DNA of 64,000 nt. Origin: Eledone cirrhosa. Taxonomy: Eukaryota. Made by a program: the position numbers and the translations under genes. The first letter of the stretch is position 1. Each line of letters opens with the position of its first letter. The notes beneath the pieces were generated by a model that was not told the origin of the DNA, made no database searches, and saw only the letters and a program-made list of their open reading frames with translations. The stretch lies in contig OZ024743.1 in NCBI GenBank assembly GCA_964016885.1, positions 159,960,001 to 160,024,000 on the forward strand, given 5' to 3'. Below are positions 27,287 to 40,944 of this stretch, piece after piece.

Positions 27287-27809
27287 GAAAAATATGAAAT
27301 CGAAAATGCAAGTGGAGTCTTTTTTTTTTAAATATATATATCTATTTGGTTCCATTACCGGTTTCGCAGTTCTTCTGCTTTTCAATTCTACTTTTGAAAA
27401 GCAGAAGAACTCCGAAACCTGTAGGGAACGAAATAAATATGTATTTTAAAAAAAAAGACTCCAGTTGCATTTCCGATTTCATCTTTTCTCCTTATACTTT
27501 CACTCGTGTAGGACACCTCGGTTATTTTTCATTTTGTAAAAAAATACCTCACTTTCTCTCTCTCTATATATAGTTATAATTGGGCAGGTTCATATCGCTG
27601 TAATAATATTGCCAGAAATAATAACTATTTGGTTGGTTTTCGCTTCTGTATCTTTTATATCTCCATAGTTAATTTATTTGGCAATCAATGTTTATCATTG
27701 ACTGACCAACGGTTAAAAATAAAGATATGAATATATATATAGTCTAACAAAGTCTTTCGTTGCACATCTGCAACATCATCAGTGGGACTATTATCATGTT
27801 CCCTCCTAT

Positions 27810-28275
27810 TGTATTGCATTGTAATGTTTACGCCATTTTTATTTTATTTATTTATTTATTTTTGTCTCCGTCTTTGCGCATGCGTTTGCCTGCGTGTATA
27901 ATGTTTTGTGTGTGTCTGTTCGCGTTTGAGTGTATTTGTTTGGGATTTTTGTTCTATCTTTGTTTGCTAGTGTGTGTTTATATGCGTTTGTTGTTATTGT
28001 ACTTGCTTAATATGTATTTATTTATTTATTTATATTTACCTTAAGTGAGTATTGTATGTTTGGCTATGGTTGTTGTTGTTATTCCATCCGTTTTTTCTGT
28101 TTAACTTTGGCCTGCGCAAAGACGGAGACAAAAATAAATAAATAAATAAATAAATAAATAAAATAAAAATGGCGTAAACATTACAATGAAATATCATTAC
28201 AAAAATATGACCGTCCCCAAGTATAACAATATTTGTTTCGACATACGATTTCATATCAAAAACCTTGAAAAACAA
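27810..28275. mobile_element. Small fold-back of a PLE pLTR 3' end
   Basis: ~27815-27880 mirrors ~28113-28188. The tail ATGACCGTCCCCAAGTATAACAATAT resembles 38036-38061 and 60058-60083. Confidence 0.55.
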
Positions 28276-28463
28276 ATATATATATATATATACTTAGATA
28301 GATAGATAGATAGATAGATAGATATGTGTTACGTAATTCCAAAGGAAGAGCAAAGGAAAAAAGCGTGTCTATATAAAGAAGAGAGCTATTTAATTAGAGA
28401 GTGAACAACACAAAATATAACTACTCCATTACCAAAGGTTTCTGGATTACAGACGATAAGCAT

Positions 28464-28546
<83 letters not shown>

Positions 28547-28569
28547 AAAGTTTTATTTAAGATTGTTGG

Positions 28570-28999
28570 GTTACAACGAGTAAATATTTTATAACTCATA
28601 TAAAAGCACTCGACAGTTTCTGGAGTAGGTTTACGATATTAAACAAATGGAAACTATATTTATAAAACCATATTTATTTCGTTATATATATTTCTGGGAT
28701 ATCATATTAAAAATATGTTATGCCTTCCTCAGACAAAATACAATACATAAGCTGTTTTATAAATAATTAGTGACATACCTTTTGAGAATGCAACTTCCTT
28801 TTAAAAAAAACACTACCAAATCAACTTTTTTAAAAGGAAGTTGCATTCTCAAAAGGTATGTCACTAATTATTTATAAAACAGCTTATGTATTGTATTTTG
28901 TCTGAGGAAGGCATAACATATTTTTAATATGATATCCCAGAAATATATATAACGAAATAAATATGGTTTTATAAATATAGTTTCCATTTGTTTAATATC

Positions 29000-29001
<2 letters not shown>
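28570..29001. mobile_element. Family A-variant fold-back with a hammerhead on each strand
   Basis: Arms 28633-28808 and 28826-29001, 17-nt spacer. Confidence 0.8.
28895..28958 (+). ncRNA. Type I hammerhead (family A variant); mirror copy at 28676-28739 (-)
   Basis: ATTTTGT-CTGAGGA-aggcATAACATATT ttt AATATGATATccca-GAAA-TATATA-TA-ACGAAAT. Confidence 0.6.
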
Positions 29002-29035
<34 letters not shown>

Positions 29036-29559
29036 ATATACAGACATATACAAATACATATACAAATACATATACACACTTACATAAATCACATAAATAT
29101 ATATATATACACATACAGGCATATATACATATATATGTATATATGGCAAAGATACACTAGTCTGCGAAAACATACATACGCGAACACACACACACACACA
29201 CTCACATATATATATAGGAAATGATACGGAGACATCTCACTCATAGAGTTAGACAAGAATACAGTTACATACGCAAAACTACAAATGGATACATATGACC
29301 AGTAGAATTGTTAATCAACTAAGAGCATGCAAAATTACAAATGAACACACGCAGATAACTACATACATAAATACATACATACAACTGCACACAACCACAT
29401 ATTAGAAATAAACACACACATATATATATATATATATATATGTATTTGTGTATGTATGTGTACGTTTATATATATATATATATAAACGTACACATACATA
29501 CACAAATACATATATGCACACATACATACATGAATATACATATACATACATATACGCAG

Positions 29560-29754
<195 letters not shown>

Positions 29755-30244
29755 CATACATATGTACATGTACATACACATGTACACATGCACACATATA
29801 TAAATAGACAAAATATACATAAAAATGAAAAAATAAAAATTAAATATGGTAGATGGTTCCGAAGAGAAAGCAAAGGAAAAAACGAGTGTCTATCTATAGA
29901 GCAGAGCATTAAAAATATATAGATATATATAAATATGTAAATATCTTTTGTTGTTGAAGGAATGTGATAAAGACAAAGGAAAAACGAGTGCTCTCGAGAG
30001 CTGTGCAAAATATTTTGTTGTTGATAAAGGCCCAACGTGGTAAAATAAGAAAGAATGTTCAGGAAAAGATGAAGACAAGAAGTTAATAAAATGTAAAATA
30101 AGTGTAAAATAAAGTAAAATAAAATAAGAGAGATTGTTCAGGGTAAAAGTAAGGGAAAAGAAGAAATGAATAAAATAGGTGTAATATAAGTGTTGAATGT
30201 GTGAAGCGCAGAGAGTGTTCAAGGTGGGTAAGTGTCCAAAATGG

Positions 30245-30670
30245 TGTTTTTATACCGAGAAAGGAGGTGAGTTCTTATATGTGGGCAAATTTTGAATATC
30301 TCAGAATTAGATTTAAGACAGGTGTTAGGAGATTTCAGATTCTGTAGAATTCTATATTTTTTCTGTTATGCACAAGGTACACTTTCTTGTGCATTTAACA
30401 TATTCTTTTGATTGGTCTAAGATAGACCAATCAATTTCAAATGGGATCCCAGCTCTTTCATCTCCCACACTCTATTTGCCAGCGCCGTAGTTTTCTTTTT
30501 ATCTTGGTGTCGAAAAAAAGTGGCGTGTGCATAGTATCTGTTTTTAAAGGTATCCTGGGTTATACCCACATAACGTTCTCCGGTGGAAGGTTGGTTGGTA
30601 TGAGTTGGTCTTATAATTGTCTCATATACAACGGATTTAATGTTGCATTTGCCTTTAAAAGGACGTTAAC
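30245..30670 (-). pseudogene. Second Naiad-type PLE: decayed GIY-YIG C-terminus
   Basis: Minus strand reads PFKGKCNIKSVVYETII..RYVGITQDTFKNRYYAH..KCTLCITEK..NSEIFKICPH with frameshifts. Confidence 0.75.
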
Positions 30671-30677
30671 CTGGGTT

Positions 30678-30850
30678 TCTGGTTCACACCACCCTTCTTT
30701 TTAGCAGTCAAAACTAATGTAGGTAGAAATTTCCTTGAATTAGTAGATAAACATTTCCCCCATCATCATAAATATAACAAAATTTTAACAGAAACTGTGT
30801 CAAGATCAGCTATTGTTGCAGTTCCTTCCATTAAATCGAAAATCACCACC
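30678..30850 (+). pseudogene. Inverted upstream fragment of the same Naiad-type PLE (thumb/linker)
   Basis: Reads WFTPPFFLAVKTNVGRNFLELVDKHFPHHHKYNKI..NRNCVKISYC, homologous to WYNPEY..RHFPTSHKYQKILN of the 751-aa ORF. Confidence 0.75.
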
Positions 30851-30884
30851 GCAAAAACTGACAGAGGAATCCCAGGATGTTCAT

Positions 30885-31598
30885 CAGGACACCGACGACT
30901 GAGCTCCGGCCGTTTCGACAGCTAGATCCGAACTGAAGCGCCAGTATTCGAACGGCGGGAATCTAGCTGAACTTATCAAGGTGTATAGTCCATATATGGG
31001 CAGAGAGTCAAAGCAAAACATTCTTAAAATCTTCTTGTTTTTTTGTTTTGTTTTTCTCCGGAAGTGGTCAGTAATCTGGGTGGGGGTTACCTACGTTCAA
31101 ATGACTGGTTTAGTCCTGCTAACTGTCTTGTATTATTAAAATGGCGGTGGATTGGCAGTATCGGTAGAGGGTCGGACTACATGCTTTGACGCATAGAGTT
31201 ACGGCCCTTGCCATTCTGAGTTCAAATCCCGCCGAGGTTAACTTTGCTTTCATCCTTACGGGGTCGATAAAATAAAGTACCAGTAATACACTGGTTAGGT
31301 GATGGCCTTGTGCCAAAACTAGAAACAATTATTAAAATAAAGTACCAGTAATGCACTGGGATAATTGCTGGTCTGGTGCCAAAAGTAGAAACAATTATAC
31401 TTAGTACGCGCGTGGTGTCAAGGCGCTAGACAGGCCCAAAAGCCAGAGGAAATGAGTGGTAGATTTATTGACCTGAAAGTTGCCCATATATGAATTGTAC
31501 CACTTGATTTGTTCAGCTAGATTGAAGCCGTTCGAATATTGACACTTCAGTTCGGATCTAGCTGTCGAAACGGCCGGAGCTCAGCCGACAGGGTCCTG
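30885..31598. mobile_element. Family C-related fold-back (arms 30885-31002 / 31481-31598), interrupted by a SINE
   Basis: Diverged inverted arms. TAGCTGTCGAAACGGCCGGAGCTCAGCCG resembles TAGCCGTCGAAACGGCTTGAGCTCAGCTG of family C. Confidence 0.65.
31142..31400 (+). mobile_element. tRNA-derived SINE (octopus-type, Nin-like core)
   Basis: A-box-like TGGCAGTATCGG, B box GAGTTCAAATCCC, core TTCATCCTTACGGGGTCGATAAA..GTACCAG, duplicated 3' tail. Confidence 0.8.
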
Positions 31599-31635
31599 AA
31601 TCTTTTCATATATATATATATGTGTGTGTGTGTGT

Positions 31636-33398
31636 AATGAACAACATAACTTCAGAGTTTTCCCCTCTATAAATTTAAAGACAACACTACCCACATTCAA
31701 TGCATCCACGACAGACGACACTGCAACAAGCACCCAACAATAACACCAATAGAGAAATTAAGAACGACCGTATGTGCTACAGATATACTAAGAAAGATAG
31801 ATATATTGAGAAATAATCACTACTTCAGGGAAATTTTAGGCCAATCAACCATTAAGATCAGTCCCACTGACAGGTATTCCAGTACACCAGACAACCTAGG
31901 AATAGAAACAATCTAATTCTGGCTAGAAACTTCCCCCAATGAACTCCCACACCGCATCATAAAAGGATTCGTAAAAGAAGGGGTCAAATTTATCTTGGAG
32001 AATAACTACTTTTCATTAAATGCCAAATTCTACAGACAGAAATCTGTGACTGCGATGGTCACGAAAACGACCCCCTCTTATGCTAACCTAGTCATGGGGT
32101 ACCTAGAAATCACCCCCTACCATAAAGTACTAGAACAATATAGAAAATCCTTCTACCTACACTTAGTAAATGACTGGAAGAGATATCTAGATGATTGCTT
32201 CATTCTTTAATATGAAAGTATAGAAAGACTTAAAGAATTTAAAGAATTTCTAAAAAGACTTAACACAAACATTCAATTTACGATGGAATACAGCCATCAC
32301 CAACTTCCTTTCCTCGACATCCTTATGAAGAAAACTAACAACAAAATAGAAACAGACATATACTATAAGTGCACAGACGACTCCAAGTAATATCTTCCAT
32401 TCAAATCATGACACCCGAGAAACACTATAATGAATATCTCTCACAACCTAGCCAAATGGATTTGTACAATAGTATCTGATCGAAACACTTGTTATATACG
32501 ACTACAAGAACTAAAGGACACACTCATCAGCAGGAATTACCCACCACGCCTATTTCACAATGGATTCCAACATGCCATAAAACACAGTATCCAGGAACTT
32601 AGACACTACAAACTAAAGAATCAATCAAAACTGAAATTCCCTCCATAAATCTCCACACACTAAATAATGTGGCCTTCGACACGATCCTCCAGAACATCCC
32701 TTTAGTAAAAAAGGATCATAGAATGAACCAAATCCTTCAAACGCACAGCATCAAAAAGGGCAAAAGACAACCCAAGTCAATGAGAAAATATTCTAACACA
32801 GGCCAAAGTCCAGTCCACCACAACAACGAAAGCAACAATAAAAAAATCGGAAGACCAAACTGTGGTATATGCTTCAACCTAATAGAGGGATCGAAGTTCT
32901 GCTTCAAACAGGGGCAACGCTTTACGGTGATATACAATTCCCCATGCGCATCAGAAAACCTGATATATGTATTAAGTTGCTCAGGCTGTCGAGAGCAGTG
33001 CATAGGGCACATTAAAAACAGTTTTCGTCAGCGTATGACTGTTCTTAGATCCCAACTTAAAATACGGGAAAACAGAAAAATAGCACTCAGTGAAAACATT
33101 GACACCTGTGCCTCTAATGAACAAAACAACTTCAGAAGTTTTCCTCTTTAAAAATGTAAAAACGACGCTACCTACATTCAACACATTGGCAAAGATTCAT
33201 ACTTTATTACAAAATACCCTTTAAATGCATCCACCACAGACGAAACTGCAACAAGCACCCAAATATAACACCAATGGACAAATTAAGAACGACAGTATTT
33301 CCTACAGAAATACTAAGAAAGATAGATATACTTAGAAACAGTTACTACTTCAGATCAATTTTAGGTCACTCTACCATTAAGGTCAGTCCCACCGACAG
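31636..33398 (+). mobile_element. Decayed Penelope/Poseidon-like element with direct pLTRs
   Basis: FYRQ..AM..PSYANL, RYLDD, LPFLDI, TDIYYK, CGIC, NLIYVLSCSGC..CIG. Direct repeats at 31636-31873 and 33115-33398. Confidence 0.85.
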
Positions 33399-33521
33399 CT
33401 TCTATTACTACTACTAATAATAATAATATTACTACCATAACACCCAGTCGTCTCCTGCTTCTCCTTCTCGTACTTCATCTTTTCCTTCCTCCCTTACTAT
33501 AGCCCTATTATTACTACCACG

Positions 33522-33603
33522 TCTTCTTCTTCTTCTTCTTCTTCTTCTTCTTCTTCTTCTTCTTCTTCTTCTTCTTCTTCTTCTTCTTCTTCTTCTTCTT
33601 CTA

Positions 33604-33634
<31 letters not shown>

Positions 33635-33669
33635 TTCTTTTTCTTCTGCTGCCGCTGCTGCTGCTGCTG

Positions 33670-33754
<85 letters not shown>

Positions 33755-33773
33755 TGCTACTGCTGCTGCTGCA
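33522..33773. repeat. Compound trinucleotide microsatellite (TTC)n(CTG)n(CTA)n
   Basis: Directly visible. Confidence 0.95.
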
Positions 33774-34107
33774 ATTGCAGTCAACAACTAGTCAGACAAT
33801 ATCAGGGAACAAATCAATTTCGTTTCCAGCTATGACTACTACCAAATCACCAAGAAGGAGAAACAGAGTAAAAGAGATAAAGGAAAATGTGAACTTTTTA
33901 ATATATATATCTAAACTATGATCTCTAATACCCTCGCCTTAATTGTATTATATAATTTTAGTCATCTTTCGTTTAGCATTAAGAAGCCGATAAAACTATT
34001 GGGTGAAACCGGTACGATAAATTACTTTTTAGAAAATGTGTTGCTGTTATTCTATGAGAAAATCACATTAGCATTTCTACTTTTTTTTCTTATTTTCCTA
34101 ATATATA

Positions 34108-34180
<73 letters not shown>

Positions 34181-34795
34181 ATGTATATATATATGTTTGC
34201 TTCGTCTCGGAAGCATTTATACTGTAAGTTAGGCTTTCCTTTATACCTAGTTCGATTGATATTTTAATTATTATTGGCTGTATCGTTTTTGTTTTCCATT
34301 TGAAAGCACACCAGCAGAGAGCTTTTTGTATTAATCATATTTTTAATGTGAATTCTCTGCCAAACTGATTCCCTGGACTTGGTCATATTTATTTTATCTC
34401 CTCTTTGATGTAACGTCACGTGTCAGTAGGGAGTTTATTGCTTCCTTCACTTGCACACTCTGCAACTGAGGTATCTAGCACGCCAGATTGTCTTTCCTTA
34501 ATAGAGAGGCGAACTGTCGTTGACGAAACGTCTTAACCGGCTAGTTTAAGTAATTATTGCCTAACATTCTGCACATGCCTGCACGTTTCGGTGCATGACA
34601 AACTGATTGGTATCATGGAAACTGTTATAGCAGTCGGGGTACCGTATCATCTTACCCTCATGATGTCGCCTGCCTTACTGATTAACGAAAGTGTGCACTC
34701 TGGCCAGCTGAGTTCGAATTTTAATTATTCGAGTCCATTGAGTGAGTGGCGAAACGGACGAGGTTAGGTCTATTCTATTTGACTTGCTTTGTCCC

Positions 34796-34918
<123 letters not shown>

Positions 34919-34921
34919 ATA

Positions 34922-35785
34922 TAGTCAGTTTCTACATGCTGTCGAAATGTTGGATAAATACTCTACTGGGGCCACTACGAAGAGGCCACTTTCGGTTATT
35001 TGTCGGAGATTTCTTCATAAGAGCCTTTATTCTTATAGCTTGGTCTAATTGATTTTTTATAGGGTTAATTATGCTGATTGGGAGAGGAAATGGTATATAT
35101 TTTATCTAATAATTCTAAAGACATGATTTATGATATATTGCTCTGATTATTTAATTTATTAATTCTTCATAGAGCCACAAAGTGACCGGTTGCAACATAT
35201 ATATCTATAACTTTATGTATATGTAAATCTTTATATTTAATAATCTCCCGTTAGGTTGAGATACAATTTGGCGATATTTGGCTGCGCTTTCTAGCAACAA
35301 GCCTACCCGCCGCAAGCAACCAATCACATTCTTTCTAACTTGACCACTGCCAAATTGCGGTTCTTAACCATTTTTGGATCTAATTTTGCCGCGATCACTT
35401 TGGAAAACTAAGTGTCTAATTTTGAGTTTGTCTCCTGATGAATCCGAACTCTGGGCATTTCCTATTAATTGGATGTCTAAAAATACGGATGAAACCATGG
35501 TAGAGATATAATTACGGTATGTACACATTTCTTCTAAGTTTGCATTTACACCTAATTGTGTATGGTTGATGGTATATTTAGTCAGTTTCTACATGCTGTC
35601 GAAATGTTGGATAAATACTCTACTTGTGCCACCGCGAAGAGGCCACTTTCGGTTATTTGTCGGAGATTTCTTCATAAGAGCCTTTATTCTTATAGTTTGG
35701 TCTAATTGATTTTTTATAGGGTTAATTATGTTGATTGGGAGAGGAAATGGTATATATTTTATCTAATAATTCTAGACATGATTTA

Positions 35786-35793
<8 letters not shown>
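34922..35793 (+). mobile_element. Non-coding hammerhead element: 657-bp monomer + ~215-bp partial repeat
   Basis: 34922-35138 is repeated at 35579-35793; (TA)n on both sides; one intact hammerhead. Confidence 0.8.
35429..35508 (+). ncRNA. Type I hammerhead ribozyme
   Basis: TGTCTC-CTGATGA-ATCCG..CGGAT-GAAA-CCATGG-TA-GAGATA. All three stems pair; palindromic stem III ACCATGGT; site GUA. Confidence 0.85.
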
Positions 35794-35870
<77 letters not shown>

Positions 35871-36275
35871 GACAGAGAGAGAGAAGGAGAGAAATGGAAA
35901 AGAGACTTCGTTTCCGGGTTAGATTAATAAAGTACGTCTGAAATATGAGCTAGATTTTAACTTGTGTATCTTCTCTTTTATATTCCCCGTTTATCTCATT
36001 CGTTTTCTTTTTCTTCCTCTCCCTCTTCTTCACACTTCGCCTCGCTCTCTCTGTTCCTCTAGTAGTACCCCGTTGTCATATATAGAGGATGATTAAGTAA
36101 CAGGGAGCAAACTCTTAAAAGAAATCTAAATATACACACATACATACATACATACACACATACGTAGATACATGCATACATACATACACGCACACACAAA
36201 CACACACGCACACACATACATATATATATAAATATATATTTATATATATATGTATATATATATATACATATATAC

Positions 36276-36347
<72 letters not shown>

Positions 36348-36355
<8 letters not shown>

Positions 36356-38120
36356 ATACTTTGGGAGGGTCATGTTGCCAATAAGAAACACACGCACCAG
36401 ACGCATTCCTTCCATTTATTATAATAAATTTATAAATTTAGGAATTTATAAATTTCCGGTTGGTTGATTGGTTCGACAACCAGATGATTGTTTATATATT
36501 GTCAAAGTTCTTTCGTCATATATTCTGTGACCTCTTCACTGGGGATTCTTTTCTTTGTTTTTGTGCCTCTCCTTTGTTCTGTCCTACGCCATGTTCTGTT
36601 TGTGTGTGTTGTGTGCTTAGTTTGCGCATGTGTTACATCCGGGTGTCTGTGTGTGTTTATATTTGTTTATTTATTTGTTTATTTACATGTTACTGGTTGG
36701 TTGTTTGTTCTATGTGCGTGTGTGTTTTCATTTTGTCCTTAATTGTAAGTTGTGATGTTGCTGTTCCATTGATGTTTTCTATTTAATTTTGGTTGCAGTT
36801 CATTTATGTTTATTGCCTCTGTGATTTCTCTAAACATTAAGTCTTTTCTGTGTGTAGATTCTATTTTTATTTCTATGTTCTCTAATTTACCCTTATGTTC
36901 TATTTTAGCATGTTGGTAGAGTACAGATGATTCTTTACTATCTTGAAGGTCTCGCCAGTGTTCATTTATCCGTTCCCCTATACTACGAGCTGACTCACCT
37001 ATGTACACTATATTCTTATCTCTACATTGTCCTTCAGTACATATTATGCTATATACTACATTTCTAGTTTTACGGTTAATATGGGGGCTTAATTTACAGA
37101 TTATACATTTCTTATCTATACATGGAGGTCTTTGAAAACGGTATGTATTGCTAATAAGTGTTTTTATGGAGGTACCTGGTCTTTCTACTATCTTAATATT
37201 GAGTTTATGTTTATATAGGGCCCTTCTAAATTTGTAAGCTAATTTATCTCTAGGGGTTGTATCGATGAATATTACACTCTGGTATTTATTGCTATCATAC
37301 ACTGAGTTTATTCTATTAACCTTATTCCTAGAAACTAGAAATGTAGTATATAGCATAAGATGTACTGAAGGACAATGTAGAGATAAGAATATAGTGTACA
37401 TAGGTGAGACAGCTCGTAGTATAGGGGAACGGATAAATGAACACTGGCGAGAACTTCAAGATAGTAAAGAATCATCTGTACTCTACCAACATGCTAAAAC
37501 AGAACATAAGGGTAAATTAGTGAACATAGAAATAAAAATAGATTCTACACAGAGAAAAGACGCAATGTTTAGACAAATCACAGAGGCAATAAACATAAAT
37601 GAACTCTAACCAAAATTAAATAGAAAACATCAATGGAACAGCAACATCACAACTTACAATTAAGGACAAAATGAAAACACACACGCACATAGAACAAACA
37701 ACCAACCAGTAACATGTAAATAAACAAATAAATAAACAAATATAAACACACACAGACACCCGGATGTAACGCATACGCAAACATAAGCACACAACACACA
37801 CAAAAACAAGATGGCGTAGGACAGAACAATGGAGAGGCACAAAAACAAATAAAAGAATCCCCGAGTCACTGAAGAGGTCACAGAATGTGTGACGAAAGAA
37901 CTTTGACAATATATAAACAATCATCTGGTTGTGGAACCAACCAACCAACCGGAAATTTATAAATTCCTAAATTTATAAATTTATTATAATAAATTGAAGT
38001 GAAAGCAACTGGTGCGTGTGTTTCTCATTGGCAACATGACCCTCCCAAAGTATAACAATATCGGTTTCAACACACGTTTTCAGATAAAGTATCTTGCTAA
38101 ACAAATTCAGAAACGAAATA
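36348..38120. mobile_element. Truncated PLE (GIY-YIG + pLTR) as a fold-back
   Basis: Arms 36348-37070 and 37332-38061. NVVYSI.C..C...YIGE(S/T)ARSIGERINEH..EAI...QPKLN on both strands (ORFs 36739..37401 - and 37265..37609 +). Confidence 0.88.
37865..37907 (+). ncRNA. Minimal type I hammerhead in pLTR
   Basis: GTCA-CTGAAGA-G-GTCACA gaatg TGTGAC-GAAA-GAAC-TT-TGAC. The mirror copy at ~36501-36542 has lost stem I and the start of the core. Confidence 0.7.
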
Positions 38121-38149
38121 TATATATATATTTACTATCCAAGGAAAAC

Positions 38150-38645
38150 TTGAACCGTTAAGGTATTTTTCTTGGTTATGTCAAAATTTATAAAACACAC
38201 CTAGTATTTTATCTGATGAAATCGTACCAAAGTTTTGGTACGCTTGAAATATATATAATAGAATAAATATGGTTTTATGAATATAGTTTCCATTTATTTA
38301 ATATCATTGAATATGTATATTTATATATATATATATGTATATATGTATATATATATAAATATATATATATACTGCTAGAGTAAACCTCTTCAAATGAAGT
38401 TGATGTTTATTACGGTATGTCGAATATATTTATCTATAAAACTGTTTATATTGTATTTTGTCCGATGAAGGCATAGCATATTGTTAATATGATATCCCCG
38501 AAATATATATAATGAAATAAATATGGTTTTATAAATATAGTTTTCCATTTATTTAATATTGTAAATATACTCCAAATATTTGTCGAGTGCTTTTATATCA
38601 GTTATAAATATTTACTAGTTGTAACCCAACAATTTTAAATATAAC
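38150..38645 (+). mobile_element. Family A partial tandem (cores at 38213 and 38462)
   Basis: First unit is like 8711-8774; second unit is like the 28895 variant (core CCGATGA). Confidence 0.7.
38206..38264 (+). ncRNA. Type I hammerhead (family A)
   Basis: ATTTTAT-CTGATGA-AAtCGTACCAA..TTGGTACGcTT-GAAA-TATATA-TA-ATAGAAT. Confidence 0.75.
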
Positions 38646-38647
38646 TT

Positions 38648-38701
<54 letters not shown>

Positions 38702-38786
38702 GAAAAATTGAACAGGGACAGAACAGAGAGGCAGTACAATAAATATTTATTAAATTCACGCTCAGTAGAGTGGGGGTAGGTGGGGG

Positions 38787-38818
38787 ACGACGTTTCGGGC
38801 ATAAGCCCTTCTTCAGGT
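38787..38818 (-). ncRNA. Minimal hammerhead-like motif of a PLE pLTR remnant
   Basis: AC-CTGAAGA-A-GGGC ttat GCCC-GAAA-CG-TC-GT; stem I only 2 bp. Confidence 0.5.
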
Positions 38819-39394
38819 GAGAAGTGTGTGGGAACAGAGTTCAAAAGGTATGTAGGGGAGTGGTGGAGAGACATATAGCGAAAGGAAACGGTGCGAATGA
38901 AAAATTAACAAATAAAGACAAAAAATATAATAAACAAAAATAAAGCATGATCAAAATACAAGGAATGAGAAAATTTAAAAATAAAGGCATGATCAAAATA
39001 AACTGAAATTAAAAGGGGGGTAAACAGGTGGTAGAAGGGTGTGGGGTGAGTAGGGGTGGTGGCGGGTGGAGTGGGGAGAGGGAGACGGGGTGTCCTAGCG
39101 GGGAGGGCTGAAGGTGGTGTGTGTGGTTAGGTGTGCGTGTGTGTGTGTGTGTGTGTATGTGAAAGTGAGGGTTGGGGGAAGAACGGGGTTGCATGTTCAG
39201 GAAGGTGTTTGTGGGGGGTGTTTTTGTGGGTCGGAGTGTCTGTGCGTGTGTGGATAAGGGGGTGGGGGGAGAGGAATCAGGAGGCTGAGGGTGTAAATAT
39301 GTGGTGGGAAGCACGTGTGTGTGGTTTAAGCGTGTTGTGGGTGTGGGTGGCATGTGGATAACAACATTTTTTGGGGGGCGTGTGTGTGGGTGAG

Positions 39395-39434
<40 letters not shown>

Positions 39435-39561
39435 AGATTAATCTACCAAAATATACGGTAGTGTCCAATCCGTATGAAGAACTCAATGTAATCCAAATAT
39501 CATGAAAAGAGAAGATGTATTCAAAATTTTTTCGAAGAAAAACATAGGAAAACAGAGTAAA

Positions 39562-40046
39562 GATAAATTAATAAAAATAATGAATAAAAAAAAAGAAACA
39601 GTTCCTTATATTAAAAAATTCATCATTTTACGATCGTTTCTAGGATATATATGTGTGTGTTGGTATGTATATCATATAGATCTATGTAAAAGTTTTACAA
39701 ACTATCAGAGGGAATATACATACCTGACACATATATATGCTGTCTGAAGACAGCATATATATGTGTTAGGTATGTATATTCCCTCTGATAGTTTGTAAAA
39801 CTTTTACAAAACAGCATATATATGTGTTAGGAATGTATATTCCCTCTGATAGTTTGTAAAACTTTTACAAAACAGCATATATATGTGTTAGGTATGTATA
39901 TTCCCTCTGATAGATTGTAAAACTTTTACATAGATCTATATGATATACATACCAACACACACATATATATCCTAGAAACGATCGTAAAATGATGAATTTT
40001 TTAATATAAGGAACTGTTTCTTTGTTTTTATTCATTATTTTTATTA

Positions 40047-40052
<6 letters not shown>
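39562..40052. repeat. Fold-back with reiterated ~61-bp segment
   Basis: 39562-39744 is inverted after a TGAA loop; the first ~61 bp of the inverted arm occur three times (starting ~39750, ~39811, ~39872). Confidence 0.8.
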
Positions 40053-40113
<61 letters not shown>

Positions 40114-40677
40114 TATATATATAGATAGAGATAAATAGATATATACACACACATATATGTGTGTGTGTATGTGTGTGTGCGTGTGTACACACAAACAAAT
40201 AATACCAGATACATTTATACATATACGTAAGCATATAGATATATATAAATGTGTCCATTAATTGCAGTTTTTGCTCATTAATCAATTAGTCATAGTATGA
40301 TAAAATTAATTATGTGTAAAATAATTAAGACAATCAATTACCACAATTATGTTGTATATGTATACTTATATATATATATCTATGAACGTTTGTGCATATA
40401 TACATATATACATATATATATGTACGTTCTGCTGTTTGTCCTCCCAACAGTAGAACGTGATAGTTGTCCCTTTTTAAAAAGACATCGGTCACTGATAGTC
40501 ACTCGAAATTCTCCGGGTACGAGGAGGTTCCCTGGCTAGTTTCCTTCTCTTAGCCTTATACGGTAAATTATTAGAATATTAAGTTTGTCTTATAGTACGA
40601 GACTGCAGTAAGGACCAAGAGTATTTTGAGATATTTTGTTATCTTAATTACTTTGCTTTACGCATTACACACACACA

Positions 40678-40740
<63 letters not shown>

Positions 40741-40748
<8 letters not shown>

Positions 40749-40882
40749 TAAAATAACAGATTAAAGTTTAAGCAAAGAATCGGTGAGTTTCAGAAGATCC
40801 AGTTAAGGGTGAAAGCAGCGATTCTTTGCTTAAACTTTAATCTGTTATTTTAATAAATATTTGGTCTACGGTTCTTATATTT

Positions 40883-40885
<3 letters not shown>
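40741..40885 (+). mobile_element. Family B short fold-back
   Basis: Arms 40741-40782 and 40819-40860; (TA)n on both sides. Confidence 0.7.
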
Positions 40886-40943
<58 letters not shown>

Positions 40944-40944
40944 C

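Noticed and set aside
31142-31232. tRNA gene
   Set aside because: A and B boxes belong to a SINE head; no cloverleaf, and it is followed by a SINE core.
33497-33787. Poly-Ala/Val/Glu ORF resembling a membrane protein
   Set aside because: Compound trinucleotide microsatellite.
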